Positions 1 to 10,769 of a stretch of 43,601 bases of DNA are shown here, piece by piece. The position numbers were made by a program, and so were the translations under genes. The stretch is from contig NC_057718.1 of the NCBI RefSeq assembly GCF_004010195.1, forward strand, positions 58,560,753 to 58,604,353, written 5' to 3'. The notes under the pieces are model-generated. The model was not told the DNA's origin and did no database searches. It worked only from the letters and a program-made list of their open reading frames with translations. The DNA is from Chiloscyllium plagiosum (Eukaryota). The first letter of the stretch is position 1, and every line of letters begins with the position of its first letter.

Positions 1-504
1 CAGCACGGGGTGTCCAGGTGGATGGGGTGTGTTGGAGGCGGGAGAACGGGTCGTCAGAGGGTGGGCGAGAGTCTTGGTTAAAGAAGTAGGCACAGAGGTG
101 AAGGCGGTGGAAGAATTGTTCGATGTCACGCCGCGTGTTGAACTCATTAATCCGAGAGCGTAGGGGAATGAAGGTGAGGCCTCTGCTGAGGACTGATCTT
201 TCATCCTCAGAGAGGGGTAAGTCTGGAGGGATAGTGAAAACACGGCAGGGCTGAGAGCTAGGACCTGGTGTGGGGCTGGAGCTGGGTGTGGGGGCAGGGT
301 TAGGTCTGGGGGCGGGGACGGGGATCATCGTGGGCCGGGGTTGGGTGTCGTGATGGCGATAGGCGAAGAGGCGGGGTTAGACGTGGTGACGGAGATGGGC
401 GTGGGGGCGGGGTTAGGCATGAAGTCGGAGATCGGCGAAGGGGCGGGGTTAGGCGAGGTGACGGAACTCGCCGGGGGGGTGGGGTTAGGCGTGGAGATCG
501 GCCG
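1..504 (-). mobile_element. Penelope-like element fragment: N-terminal ORF region, runs off the window start
   Basis: Minus strand from 250 down translates PCRVFTIPPDLPLSEDERSVLSRGLTFIPLRSRINEF..., typical of the PLE N-terminus upstream of the RT. It is preceded by a Pro-rich repeat, with one frameshift near 335. Confidence 0.8.
337..504. repeat. 36-bp G-rich degenerate minisatellite (about 4.7 units) encoding 12-aa PNPAP-type repeats on the minus strand
   Basis: GGGGTTAG/GGGGTTGG recurs at 337, 373, 409, 445 and 481. Confidence 0.85.
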
Positions 505-624
505 GACTGTCATCTACTTCCTGGACTGTGGAGGCATGGATTCCCTGAACAAGTACATCCCAAGTGAATGCCTGACCATAACCAATTCCCTGCATTGGTA
601 TTGTAGGCTCCCCTTAACTTATTT
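505..624. repeat. 120-bp inverted repeat, arm 1 (partner 1603-1722)
   Basis: Reverse complement of 1603-1722. The same peptide TVIYFLDCGG...RLPLTY appears in ORFs 341..628(+) and 1587..1796(-). Confidence 0.95.
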
Positions 625-679
625 ATAGCCTCCAGGCCTATTTATAGCCTCCAGGCCTATAACTTCAGCTTTCAAAACA

Positions 680-802
680 CTGTTTGATGAAGGAGCAGCG
701 CTCAGAAAGCTAGTGCCTCCAAATAAACCTGTTGGATTATAACCTGGTGTTGTGAGATTTTTAGCTTTGTCCACTCAAGTCCAACTCTGGCTTCTCCAAA
801 TC
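680..802 (+). mobile_element. PLE-derived 3' fragment (family 2) with decayed minimal hammerhead motif
   Basis: TTGATGA-A-GGAGCAGCGCTCA-GAAA-GCTAGTG followed by aataaacctgttggattataacctggtgttgtg. Homologous to 10355-10475 and 13715-13876. Confidence 0.7.
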
Positions 803-1602
803 TGGGTATCAAGGAGAGATTCTCACTGGGCAGTGGTGAGTTGCCTATTATGAGCTTTTATTGCTTATTAAGGACCTTGTTAAACTCCCATCTTACCTTA
901 TTAAAATGCAGTATTCTCTCTTACCACTTATCACTGAGCAAACCAGGTGCTAAGACTTTTTGGAAGACAGTGTGGATGCCTGATGACTTCAGCTCACTGC
1001 TCACTGTAAAGAATCTCCATGTTAGCTAAAAATAACATCACAAGACATGATCTACAAGCACCACCACATGCCAGGTGTACCCTTCATTCACAGATCTTGG
1101 CTTCTAATTCTTGTTAAGCCCTCAGGTTGCTCACAGTACCTCTATGATCAAGTGCAGGACATTTGAGAAGTACAGACCTCATTGCAGGGTACATTGACAT
1201 CAAAAGGCTTCTGCAAGAACATTGCATGTACAGGGACAAGCTTGTGGATTGGACCATACTTCATTTCAGGGCTGTTCACTTGCTTTCTTAGCAGCCATTC
1301 ACTTAGCATATATCTGGATGTTTCTATCATCCCAGCCATATCTCAGCTTACGTATTTGTGCAGTCACAGAAAAAGTCGACTTGCCTTGTTGGTCAGCTGT
1401 CCTCAGTCAAGGGCATGTACATATTGTAGCAGTATGCTACATCAATCTCACACCAAGTACTGTTTGTCAACAGCCGACACAGCAAATACACAGTAAGAAG
1501 GCAATCATGTCTCAAAATCTTAGGGAAGAAGCCTTCACTGAAGTCAATGAAGACAGCTGCTAGTCACGGAGTCTTAGCTCAGTAAGTCATAAGCTTCTGG
1601 CA

Positions 1603-1722
1603 AAATAAGTTAAGGGGAGCCTACAATACCAATGCAGGGAATTGGTTATGGTCAGGCATTCACTTGGGATGTACTTGTTCAGGGAATCCATGCCTCCACA
1701 GTCCAGGAAGTAGATGACAGTC
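1603..1722. repeat. 120-bp inverted repeat, arm 2 (probable source copy)
   Basis: Reverse complement of 505-624, embedded in unique flanking sequence. Confidence 0.95.
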
Positions 1723-1866
1723 AGGCCTATAACTTCAGATTGGACAGGCATTCTCAAGTTTAACCCCTTAATCTTTATTGAGCTCCCCTTTGGCAACTGC
1801 TGTCCAAATTAGGGCCTGGGATCTGTGACCTGCATGACTTAGTAGCATAACATTTCAAGAACTTAC

Positions 1867-1956
1867 CTGCTGTATCATTTCGATATAAAAACAAATATCC
1901 ACTTAAACAGAAACTTCCATCACTTTTGAAAATTATTGTCATATCTTTCCCCCAAA
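1867..1956 (-). CDS. Candidate 90-bp phase 1-1 coding exon with weak resemblance to a CUB-domain C-terminus
   Basis: Acceptor cgctttccAG and consensus donor CAG|GTAAGT. Open frame xWGKDMTIIFKSDGSFCLSGYLFLYRNDTA resembles the CUB pattern 'M.I.F.SD.S....GF...Y'. No partner exons identified. Confidence 0.25.
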
Positions 1957-3630
1957 CTGGAAAGCGATGTTGTACAGAAGCTTCCAGGTTTGAAATTGAA
2001 AGCAAAGGTCACTTCTTTATGCAGAAAGACCAGAGGCAGTGAATAACTTCTGAGACGAGCTGGTTTGCTTAGCTAAGCACCATTAATAAAACCTGTGACA
2101 GCAAGTGAATGTCCAGACACCGAATGTTCGGAAGATCCAGACGCTCCACAGTGTTAACAAGTCCTGGTGACAATTCTGTTTTCAACAGCATTATTTAGGT
2201 GGACCGAAATAGAAACTGACCATACTGATAAGTGACCTTTCAGCTCTTCAATGGTGTTTCTAGCTTTCAAAGCAATTTCCTGGCCTGATGAGTTTGTTCT
2301 GGAGCTGTTCACGCAGCAGATATTTTGTGTTAAGACTGAATATTGTAATATTGTATAAATGGATACAAAATCCAATGTATAAGTTAATGTCATCGAGGAC
2401 ACAGTTTCTTCAAACTTGTATACAGACTTGTGCCTTTAGAAATGTTAAAATGATTGTATGCCCTTTTTTTAATGTTCAGGCTCGATTAATTTCATGCCTT
2501 CAGGCACTTCACAATTTCTTTCAATTTGGAGCAGTTTATTATTTAACCTTGGACATTAAATATGGCAAGTTTTACTGCATTGTACTCAAGATTATAGGTA
2601 TGTGGTAATCTTGATGGAAGGAATATTTTGGGTCTGTGCAATTGAGAGACTCAACATTCTGATTTTAAATGCTTGACCTGCAGTCCAGCATTACTGATTC
2701 CACTGATTGATGAACTATATAAGTTACAGCCTCTGTTACAGTCCAAACCTGTGATTCTTATTACAGCTTAAGCTGATCTGTTGTTTTCAACAATATTGGT
2801 TTTGAAATGGAAAGGTCCACTTATAAACGCTGAGTTTGAAGAAAATATTGAAATGATTTCACAAACCACAGGGCAACATGGGCCCCAAGACTTAGAAGTT
2901 GCTTATAACCACTTGTTTTAATTTTCACACTGGAAACCATAAACAAATACTTGAAAAAAGGTCAGGGCAGCTTGTGACTTTTAAGAAACTTTCTGGGACT
3001 TTTTTTTTCACTGAAACATAGGAGTTTGAGAAGTGACCTGAAAGAAGGTTATAAAGTAATGAGAGGTATAGGTAGAGTTAATGGTAGTTGTGTTTTCCCT
3101 AGGATTGGGGATTTCAAGACCAGGAAGCACATTTTTAGGGTGAGAGGAAAGAGATTTTAAAAAAGACATGAGGGACAAATCCTTTACACAGAGGGTGGTT
3201 CATGTGTGAAATGAACTTCTTGAGGAAGTGGTGACGAGTCCACAGTTACAACATTTAAAAGACATTTGAATAGGTACATGAAAGGAAACGTATGCAAGGA
3301 TGTGGGCCAGGAGCAAACAAATGAGACTAGTTTACTTTGGGATCATGTCCAGCAAATTGAGGGGTGATAGATTTAAGACAGATGTCAGAGGCAGGTTCTT
3401 TATGCAGAGAGTGGTAAGGGCGTGGAATGCACTACCTGCTAATGTAGTCAATTCAGCCACATTAGGGAGATTTAAACAATCCTTAGATAAACACATGGAT
3501 GATTTTGGGATAGTGTAGGGGGACGAGCTGAGAATAGCTCACAGGTCGGTGCAACATCGAGGGCCGAAGGCAAAAGAGAAAATGCTGGAAAATCTCAGCA
3601 GGTATGGCAGCATCTGTAAGGAGAGAAAAG

Positions 3631-3669
3631 AGCTGATGTTTCGAGTCTAACTGACCCTTTGTCAAAGCT
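3631..3669 (-). ncRNA. Minimal hammerhead ribozyme motif, U3-A8 core variant (copy 1)
   Basis: AGCT-TTGACAA-A-GGGTC-AGTTA-GACTC-GAAA-CATC-AGCT: 4-bp stem I, 5-bp stem II and a loopless stem III. Confidence 0.6.
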
Positions 3670-3751
3670 AAAAAAAAAGGAGAAATAGGTACAGATGCTG
3701 CCAGACCTGCTGAGATTTTCAGGTATGGCAGCATCTGTAAGGAGAGAAAAG

Positions 3752-3790
3752 AGCTGATGTTTCGAGTCTAACTGACCCTTTGTCAAAGCT
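3752..3790 (-). ncRNA. Minimal hammerhead ribozyme motif, U3-A8 core variant (copy 2)
   Basis: Identical to 3631-3669. Confidence 0.6.
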
Positions 3791-6700
3791 AAAAAAAAAA
3801 GGAGAAATAGGTACAGATGCTGCCAGACCTGCTGAGATTTTCCAGCATTTTCTCTTTTGGTTTCAGATTCCAGCATCCACAGTAATTTGCTTTTATCGAG
3901 GGCCGAAGGGCCTGTTCTGCGCTGTATTGTTCTATGTTCTATGACTGGTTACACCAAAGGGTCTGTTTCTGTGCTGTATAACTCTATGATCCTATGACCA
4001 TTCCCATCCAAGCAGGATTGAAAAGCAAGTTAGCATAATTTATAACACTCGTAATGAATTGTGTCACTAACTCTACCTGGAGACGGCATCTCCCTTTGTA
4101 AAAAAAACTAAATGCTTGAGTAACTCATTGGACTCTATTTTGTCAGAGTTGCACTGACTCTGGAGGTCTTTAAGAATGACTTTTAGGACCAGATGTCCTG
4201 CCCATATTTTTTGCCTTCAGGAGAAGGGATTGTGTGTGAACTACACAGGTGAGAAAACTAAACTCAGCAGGGTTATTTGAAATTAGTACTGAATTCAAGC
4301 CAACCTTATTTCTGCTGTCCTTAGGACGTTAACTCACAATGTGGGGGTCATAAATTTATGTGGTGAATGTAAATGCTCTTGAAGGAGGATAAAGTGGACA
4401 CCAAGGCCTGATTTTATTTAGATCTGAACCTTTCAAACATAAAAAAAATTGGCATCTGTTGGTTCGAGGTCAAATAAGCATTGGCTGCTGGATTTCTCTG
4501 ATTGGGAGGCCATTTGTGTAACTGAATAAAATGCATTACCATCTGTTCCTGCAGTTTTGATCAATTTAGTTGCTGGTATTTACTAAGGACTGCTGTTATA
4601 GTTTAGTAAATACATGGCTGAGTTCCAAAACATCTAAAATGAATTCTCCCAGAACACAGTCTGAGTTCATGTTCCAATTAATAATTTTAAAAAGAATATT
4701 AAAGGATTAGCTTTCTTTACATTTCTCAATAAATGATGAATTATGAATGCTTTGCTGAGTTTCAAAAGTTTGAAAACCACTTTTCTCAAGATGATTGAGT
4801 TCACATTTACATTGACATTTTTATGCATCTCATAAAGGATTATCTGTCTTTGACCTGGTTAATGAACATAGAACATTACAGCGCAGTACAGACCCTTCAG
4901 ACCTCGATGTTGTGTCGATCTGTGAAACCAATCTGAAGCCCATTTAACCTACACTATTCCATTTTCATCCATTTGTTTATCCAATGACCATTTTAATGCC
5001 CTTAAAATTGATGAGTCTACTACTATTGCAGGCAGTGCATTCCACACCCCTACTACTCTGAGTAAAGAACTTACCTCTGACATCTGTCCTATATCTATCA
5101 CCCCTCATTTTAAAGCTGTGTCCCCTCATGCTAGCCATCACCATTTGAGGAAAAAGGCTCTCACTGTTCACCCTATCTAACCCTCTGATTTTCTTATATG
5201 TCTCAATTAAGTCACCTCTCAACCTTCTCTCTAACGAAAACAGCTTCAAGTCCCTCAGCCTTTCCTCATAAGACCCTCCCTCCATACCAGGCAATATCCT
5301 AGTAAATCTCCTCTGCACCCTTTCCAAAGCTTCCACATTCTTCCTATAATGCGGTGACCAGAACTGCATGCAATACTCCAATTGCGGCTGCACTAGAGCT
5401 TTGTCCAGCTGCAGCATGATCTTGTGGCTCCGAAACTCAATCTCTTTACCAATAAAAACTAACACACCATATGATTCTTAACAACCCTATTAACCTGGGT
5501 GGCAATTTTGAGGGATCTATGCGCATGGACACTGAGATCTCTTTGCTCATCAATTTGACCAAAAATCTTACCATTAGCCCAGGACTCTTTATTCCTGTTG
5601 CTCCTTCCAAAGTGAACCACCTCACACTTTTCTGCATCAAATGCCATTTGCCACCTCTCAGCCCAGCTCTGCAGCTTATCTATGTCACTCTGTAACCTGC
5701 AACATCCTTCAGCACTATCCACAATTCCACCGATCTTAGTATCATCTGCAAATTTACTAATACATCCTTCTATGCCCTCATCTAGATCATTTATAAAAAT
5801 GGCAAACAGCAGTGGCCCCAAAACAGATCTTTGCGGTACATCACTAGTAACTGAACTCCAGGATGAGCATTTCCCATCAACCATCACCCTCTATCTTCTT
5901 TCAGCTTGCCAATTTCTGAATCAAACCACTAAATCACCCTTAATCCCATGCCTCCATATTTCATGCAGTAGCCTACCGTAGGGAACCTTCTCAAACACCT
6001 TACTGAAATTGATATACACCACATCAACTGCTTTACCCACATCCACCTGTTTGGTCACCATCTCGAAGAACTGAATTAGGTTTGTGAGGCATGACGTATC
6101 CTGCACAAAACCGTGTTGATGATCCCTAATTAACTTATTCCTCTCTAAATGATTATAAATGTAATCTCTTATAACCTTATGAAACACTTTACCCACAACT
6201 AAAGAAGGCTTACTGGTCTATAATAACCAGAGTTGTTTCCAATCCCCTTCTTGAATAAGTGGACAATATTTGCTATCCTTCTGTCTTCTGGCACTAATAC
6301 TGTGGACAATGACAACATAAAGATCAAAGCCAAAGGCTTAGCAATCTCCAACCTGGCTTCCCAGAGAATCCTAGGATAAATTCCACCGGCCCACGGGACT
6401 TATCTATTTTTACGCTTGCTAGAATTGCTAACACCTCCTTCTTGTGAACCTCAATGCCATCTAGTCTAGTAGCCTGTATCTCAATATTCTCCTCGAACAT
6501 TGCCTTTTTCTCGTGTGAATACTGACTAAAAGTATTCATTTAGCGCTTTCCCTTTCTCCTCTGATTCTACTCGCAACAATCTTACTCTCATCATTATTTT
6601 ATTCATGATATACTTGTAGAAAGCTTTCGGGTTTTCCTTGATCCTATCCACCAATGACTTCTCGTGTCCCCTCCTGGCTCCTCTTAGCTCTATCTTTAGG

Positions 6701-6892
6701 TCTTTCCTGGCTAACTTGTAACTCTCAAGCGCTCTAACAGCCATCACATCTCATCCTAACATAAGCCGCCTTCTTCCTCTTGACAAGAGATTCAACCTCC
6801 TTAACAACCACAGCTCCTGCTCTCGACAACTTCCTCCCTGCCTGACAGGTATAAACTTATCAAGGACATGGAGTAACTGTTCCTTGAATAAG

Positions 6893-7005
6893 GAGAAAGT
6901 GAGGACTGCAGATGCTGGAGATCAGAGCTGAAAAATGTGTTGCTGGAAAAGTGCAGCAGGTCAGGCAGCATCCAATGAGCAGGAGAATCGACATTTCGGG
7001 CATAA
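6893..7005 (-). mobile_element. 113-bp PLE family-1 3' terminal fragment inside the CR1
   Basis: TSD gttccttgaataag (6879-6892) / gttcctcgaataag (7006-7019). Begins within HHR stem II (cttatgcccgaaatgtcg). Confidence 0.9.
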
Positions 7006-7221
7006 GTTCCTCGAATAAGACCCACATTTCAATTGTGCCCATCCCTTCAGTTACCTTCCCATTCCTATGCATCCTAAATCTTGCCTAATCGCATTATAAT
7101 TGTCTTTCCCCCAGCAATAACTCTGCCCCTGCGGTATATACCTATCCCATATCATCGCAGAATAAACTTAACCGAATTGTGGTCATTATCACCAAAGTGC
7201 ATACCAACCTCCAAATCTAAC

Positions 7222-8357
7222 TAGAAAAAAGTGAGGATTGCAAATGCTGGAGATCAGAGTTGAGCTTGTAGTGCTGGAAAAGCGCAGCAAGTCAGGCAGC
7301 ATCCGAGACGCAGGAGAATTGATATTTCGGGCATAAGCCCTTCATCAGGAATGAGACTTGTGGGCCGGGGGGATGAGAGATAAATGGGAGGAGGGATGGG
7401 GTTGGGGAAGGGGGGGGCGGGAAATGCTGCCCGAAACATCGACTTAATGGGAGGAGGGATGGGGTTGGGGAAGGGGGGGGGGCGGGAAATAGCTGAGAAT
7501 GTGAGAGATAGATGAAGGTGAGGGAGAAGGTGATAGGTCAGAGAGGGCGTTGGAGAAGATAGATGGGAAAGGTGGCGGATGGGTCAGGAGGGCGGTGCCA
7601 AGCTGGAGGCTTGGGACTGGGATAATGTTGGGGGAGGGGAAATGAGGAAACTGTTGAAATCCACATTGATTTCACGTGGTTGCAGGGTCCAAAAGCAGAA
7701 TATGAGATGTTCTTCCTCCAGACAATGTGTGGTAAGGGTTTGGTGATGGAAGGAGGCCCAAGACCTGCATGTCCTTGACGGGGTGTGCAGGGGAGTTGAA
7801 GTGTTTAGTCACGGGGTGGTGGGGTTGGTTGTTACGGGTGCACCAGGGATGTTCTCTGAAACATTCCACAAGTAGGTGTCCTGTCAACCCGATGTAGAGG
7901 AGACCACATCGGGTGCAATGGATACAGTAGATGACATTGGTGGAGGTACAGGTAAATTTCTGGCACAACAAGGACAGAACTCCCTGGTCTTCACCTTCCA
8001 CCCCATCATCCTCTGCATACATCGCATCATCCTTGGCCACTACTGCCACCTACAAATGGATTCCACCACCAGAAAGATATTTCCCTCCCCACCCCTATCA
8101 GCATTCTGGAGACACCATTTCATCCACAATTCCCTCGTCCAGCCAACACCCCACACCCGGCACCTTCCCCCACCACCACAGGAAGTGCAAAACCTATACC
8201 CACACCACTCCCCTCACCTCTGTCCCAGGCCCCAAAGGATCATTCCACATCCAGCAGAAATTTACCTGTACTATTATGTCTGAAATGCTGATTCTCCTGC
8301 TCCTCGGATGCTGTCTGACCTGCTGTGCTTTTCCAGCACCACACTCTCGACACCTAT
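7222..8357 (-). mobile_element. Penelope-like element (GIY-YIG region plus pLTR/HHR) with 5' inversion, inside the CR1
   Basis: GIY-YIG peptide FTCTSTNVIYCIHCTRCGLLYIGLTG on minus. Upstream part inverted (about 7962-8271, plus). TSD ctccaaatctaac at 7209-7221 and 8358-8370. Confidence 0.92.
7317..7352 (-). ncRNA. Minimal hammerhead motif (family 1), best-preserved core in the window
   Basis: attc-CTGATGA-A-GGGC-TTAT-GCCC-GAAA-TATC-aatt. Confidence 0.7.
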
Positions 8358-10354
8358 CTCCAAATCTAACACCTGGCTAGGTGCATTACCCAGTACCAAA
8401 TCCAATGTGGCCTCGCCCTTTGATGACTTGGCTACATACTGTCAGGAAACCATCCTGCACACATTGGACAAAAACTGAACCATCTAAGGTACTTAAAATA
8501 TAGTATTTCCGGTCAATATTTGGGAAGTTAAAGTTCGCGATAATAACTACTCTGTTACTCTCGCTCCTATCCAGAATTATCTTTGCTATCCTTTCCTCTA
8601 CATTTCTGGAACTATTCAGAGGCCTATGGAAAACTCTCAACAGGGAGAACTCTCCTTTCCTGTTTTTAACATCAGCCATAGTCCCTCAGTAGGTGAGTCT
8701 TCAAAGATCCTTTCTGCAACCGTAATATTGTCCTTGATTAACAATGCCACACCTCCCTCTTTTTTGCCATCTTCTCTGTTCTTACTGAAACTAAATCCCG
8801 GAACCTGCAACAACAATTCCTGTCCCTGCTCTATTCATGTCTCTGAAATGGCCACAACGTCGAAGTCCCAGGTACCACAAGTTCACTCACCCTATTCCAG
8901 ACACTCCTGGTGTTGAAGCAGACGCATTTCAAACCATCTTCCTACTTGCCAGTGAACTCTTACAACCTTGAAACCTCATTTCTGACCTCGCTGCTCTCAA
9001 CCTCTTGAACACTGGAACTACAATTAAGGTTCTCATCCCCCTGCTGAAATAGTTAAAACCGTCCCGAAGGGCATTAGCACATTTCCCCCCCGGGATATTG
9101 GTACCTCTCTGGTTCAGGAATAGACCAATCTGTTTGTAGAGGTCCCACCTACCCTAGAATGAACCCAATTATCAGAAACCCTCCATCCTGCACCATCCCT
9201 GTAGCCACGCGTTCAACTCCTCTCTCTCCCTATTCCTCGTCTTGCTAGCATGTGGCTTAGGTTACAAACCAGAGATAACAACACTGTTTGCTCTAGCAAA
9301 GAGCTTCCACTTGAGTTCCCTGAATTTCTGCCTTAAATACCCATCCCTTTTCCTACCTATGTCATTAGTCATGTGGACCATGACCTGGGACTGCTCCCCC
9401 TCTCCTTCAAGGATCCCAAAAACACAGTCTGAAACATCTGGGCGGCAACACGTCAACCGTGAGTCTCTCTTGTTCCCACAGAACCTCCTATCTGTCTCCC
9501 GAACTATGGAGTCCACAATGACTAATGCTCTACTCCTGTTCATGCTCTACTCCTGTTCCCCCTTCTTTTCTGAGCAACAGGGACAGACTCTGTGCCTGAG
9601 ACCTATACCCCATGGCTTACACGGTAAGTTGTTACTCCCCGAACAGTATCCAAAACGCTATACTTGTTATTGAGGGGACTGGCTATAGGGGTTCCCTGCA
9701 CTGCCTGCCAGTTCCCTTTCCGTCTCCTGACTGTAACCTATCTGCCTTTTGCTTGCACCTGAGGTGTGACTACCCCCCTGTAACTCCTCTCAATAACCCA
9801 CTCCACCTCCCAAATGATCTGAAGTCATCCAGCTCCAGCTCCAGTTCCCTAATGCGGTTTTTGAGGAACTGAAGTTGGGTGCACTTCCCGCAGCTGCAGT
9901 CAGCAGGAACATTCAACTGCCCTAACCACCATTCCCATTATTCTAAATTCCCAAAGAATAAAAAAAGAACCACGTACCTTACCAATCCGGTGCATTGAAC
10001 TGTTTTTTTTTGGTGAAAGGAGAAGGATGGATGGGAGATACTACCTAAGTAGTGTTTCGGGTAATGCAACCACCCAAATATATTGTTTCACTCACTCAGC
10101 AGTCCCGTGTCCACTCCTGCTCAGCGTGCGCTCCGCCTATTCACAAGGAAAGTTTTAAAATCATTGATTCACCTTCCTGTCAACCCCTGGTCGACGCTCC
10201 TGCTCTTCCTGCAACTGAAACAAAAAAGGGAATGAAATAAAGGTTGCTTATTCTCTCACAGATTGAGCACTTGAGGGGATTTAGAATTATTGAGTACGTT
10301 TTATGACTGAGACATTTTTCTTCCTGTAAAATGTGAACGAATGAAAATGCTATT

Positions 10355-10475
10355 AGATTGTTAGAATGTTTGAATCGAATCCTGCAACCCACTACCTGAT
10401 GAAGGAGTAGTGCTCCAAAACCTTGTACTTCCAAATAAATCTGTTAGACTATAACCTGGTGTTGTGTAATTTTAA
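10355..10475 (+). mobile_element. PLE family-2 3' fragment with decayed HHR
   Basis: CTGATGAAGGAGTAGTGCTCCAAAA at 10396, followed by the aataaatctgttagactataacctggtgttgtg tail. Confidence 0.7.
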
Positions 10476-10769
10476 ACATCAAAATTTCTAATATTTATGA
10501 TGTCTGGAATGGATAGAGAGGTGAAATGGTGATGGGAATAGGGTCTGGGTAGGAGATTAAGGGTTAGAGGGCCTAATGACTTTGAAGACAGCTTGCATGG
10601 TGTCCCAGAGAACCAAGGTAGGTTTTTTGGCCATCCTGTCTTGTCAACTGCTTGCTCCTGGTAATCTCTGCTCTGTAACAAGGGTCAACAGGCTGGACTT
10701 AATCCAACCCCAGCCTTTAGAGGTCAGAAATATGATGGGGCCATTTCTGACCAGGTAGGTTTGCCAAAA

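Larger units (their letters stand above)
3571..3894. mobile_element. Short palindromic PLE-derived insert (family 3) with internal tandem duplication and 15-bp TSD
   Basis: TSD atcgagggccgaagg at 3556-3570 and 3895-3909. Inverted arms 3572-3618 and 3812-3858. Tandem units 3599-3719 and 3720-3841. Confidence 0.9.
3010..3998 (+). mobile_element. Two nested CR1 LINE 3' ends (inner copy about 3345-3943)
   Basis: ORF2 C-terminus KLRGDRFKTDVRGRFFMQRVVRAWNALP. The inner tail ends ttctatgttctatg and the outer tail ends ctctatgatcctatga. Confidence 0.85.
4865..10215 (-). mobile_element. Near-full-length decayed CR1 (HER1-like) LINE, interrupted by two PLE inserts
   Basis: ORF1 pieces: CSCGKC plus coiled coil near 9820-9910, and SGNH esterase RALVIVDSIVR...VHMTNDIG. 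ORF2 pieces: AP endonuclease (VIIANFNFPNID), RT (QHGF, VPQRSVLGPLLF, KFADDTK) and C-terminus (LERVQRRFTR, LRGDLIETYK). 3' tail ends ...gttctatgttc. Many stops and frameshifts. 5' boundary approximate. Confidence 0.93.

Noticed and set aside
373..490. GGGTTAGG motifs as interstitial telomere repeats
   Set aside because: Single motifs at 36-bp spacing, explained by Pro-Asn-Pro codons on the minus strand. No (TTAGGG)n array.
341..628. ORFs 341..628(+) and 1587..1796(-) sharing an identical peptide, as paralogous genes
   Set aside because: The shared peptide is just the 120-bp inverted duplication, and the N-terminus is the antisense of a minisatellite.
2480..2597. AG...GT bounded open segment (+), ARLISCLQ...
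   Set aside because: Splice signals are plausible, but the peptide has AT-rich noise composition and no recognisable homology.
3599..3841. Direct repeats as a CRISPR-like array
   Set aside because: Two contiguous units with no spacers, in a eukaryotic TE context.
4977..9543. Active LINE
   Set aside because: ORF1 and ORF2 are fragmented by many stops, frameshifts and two insertions.
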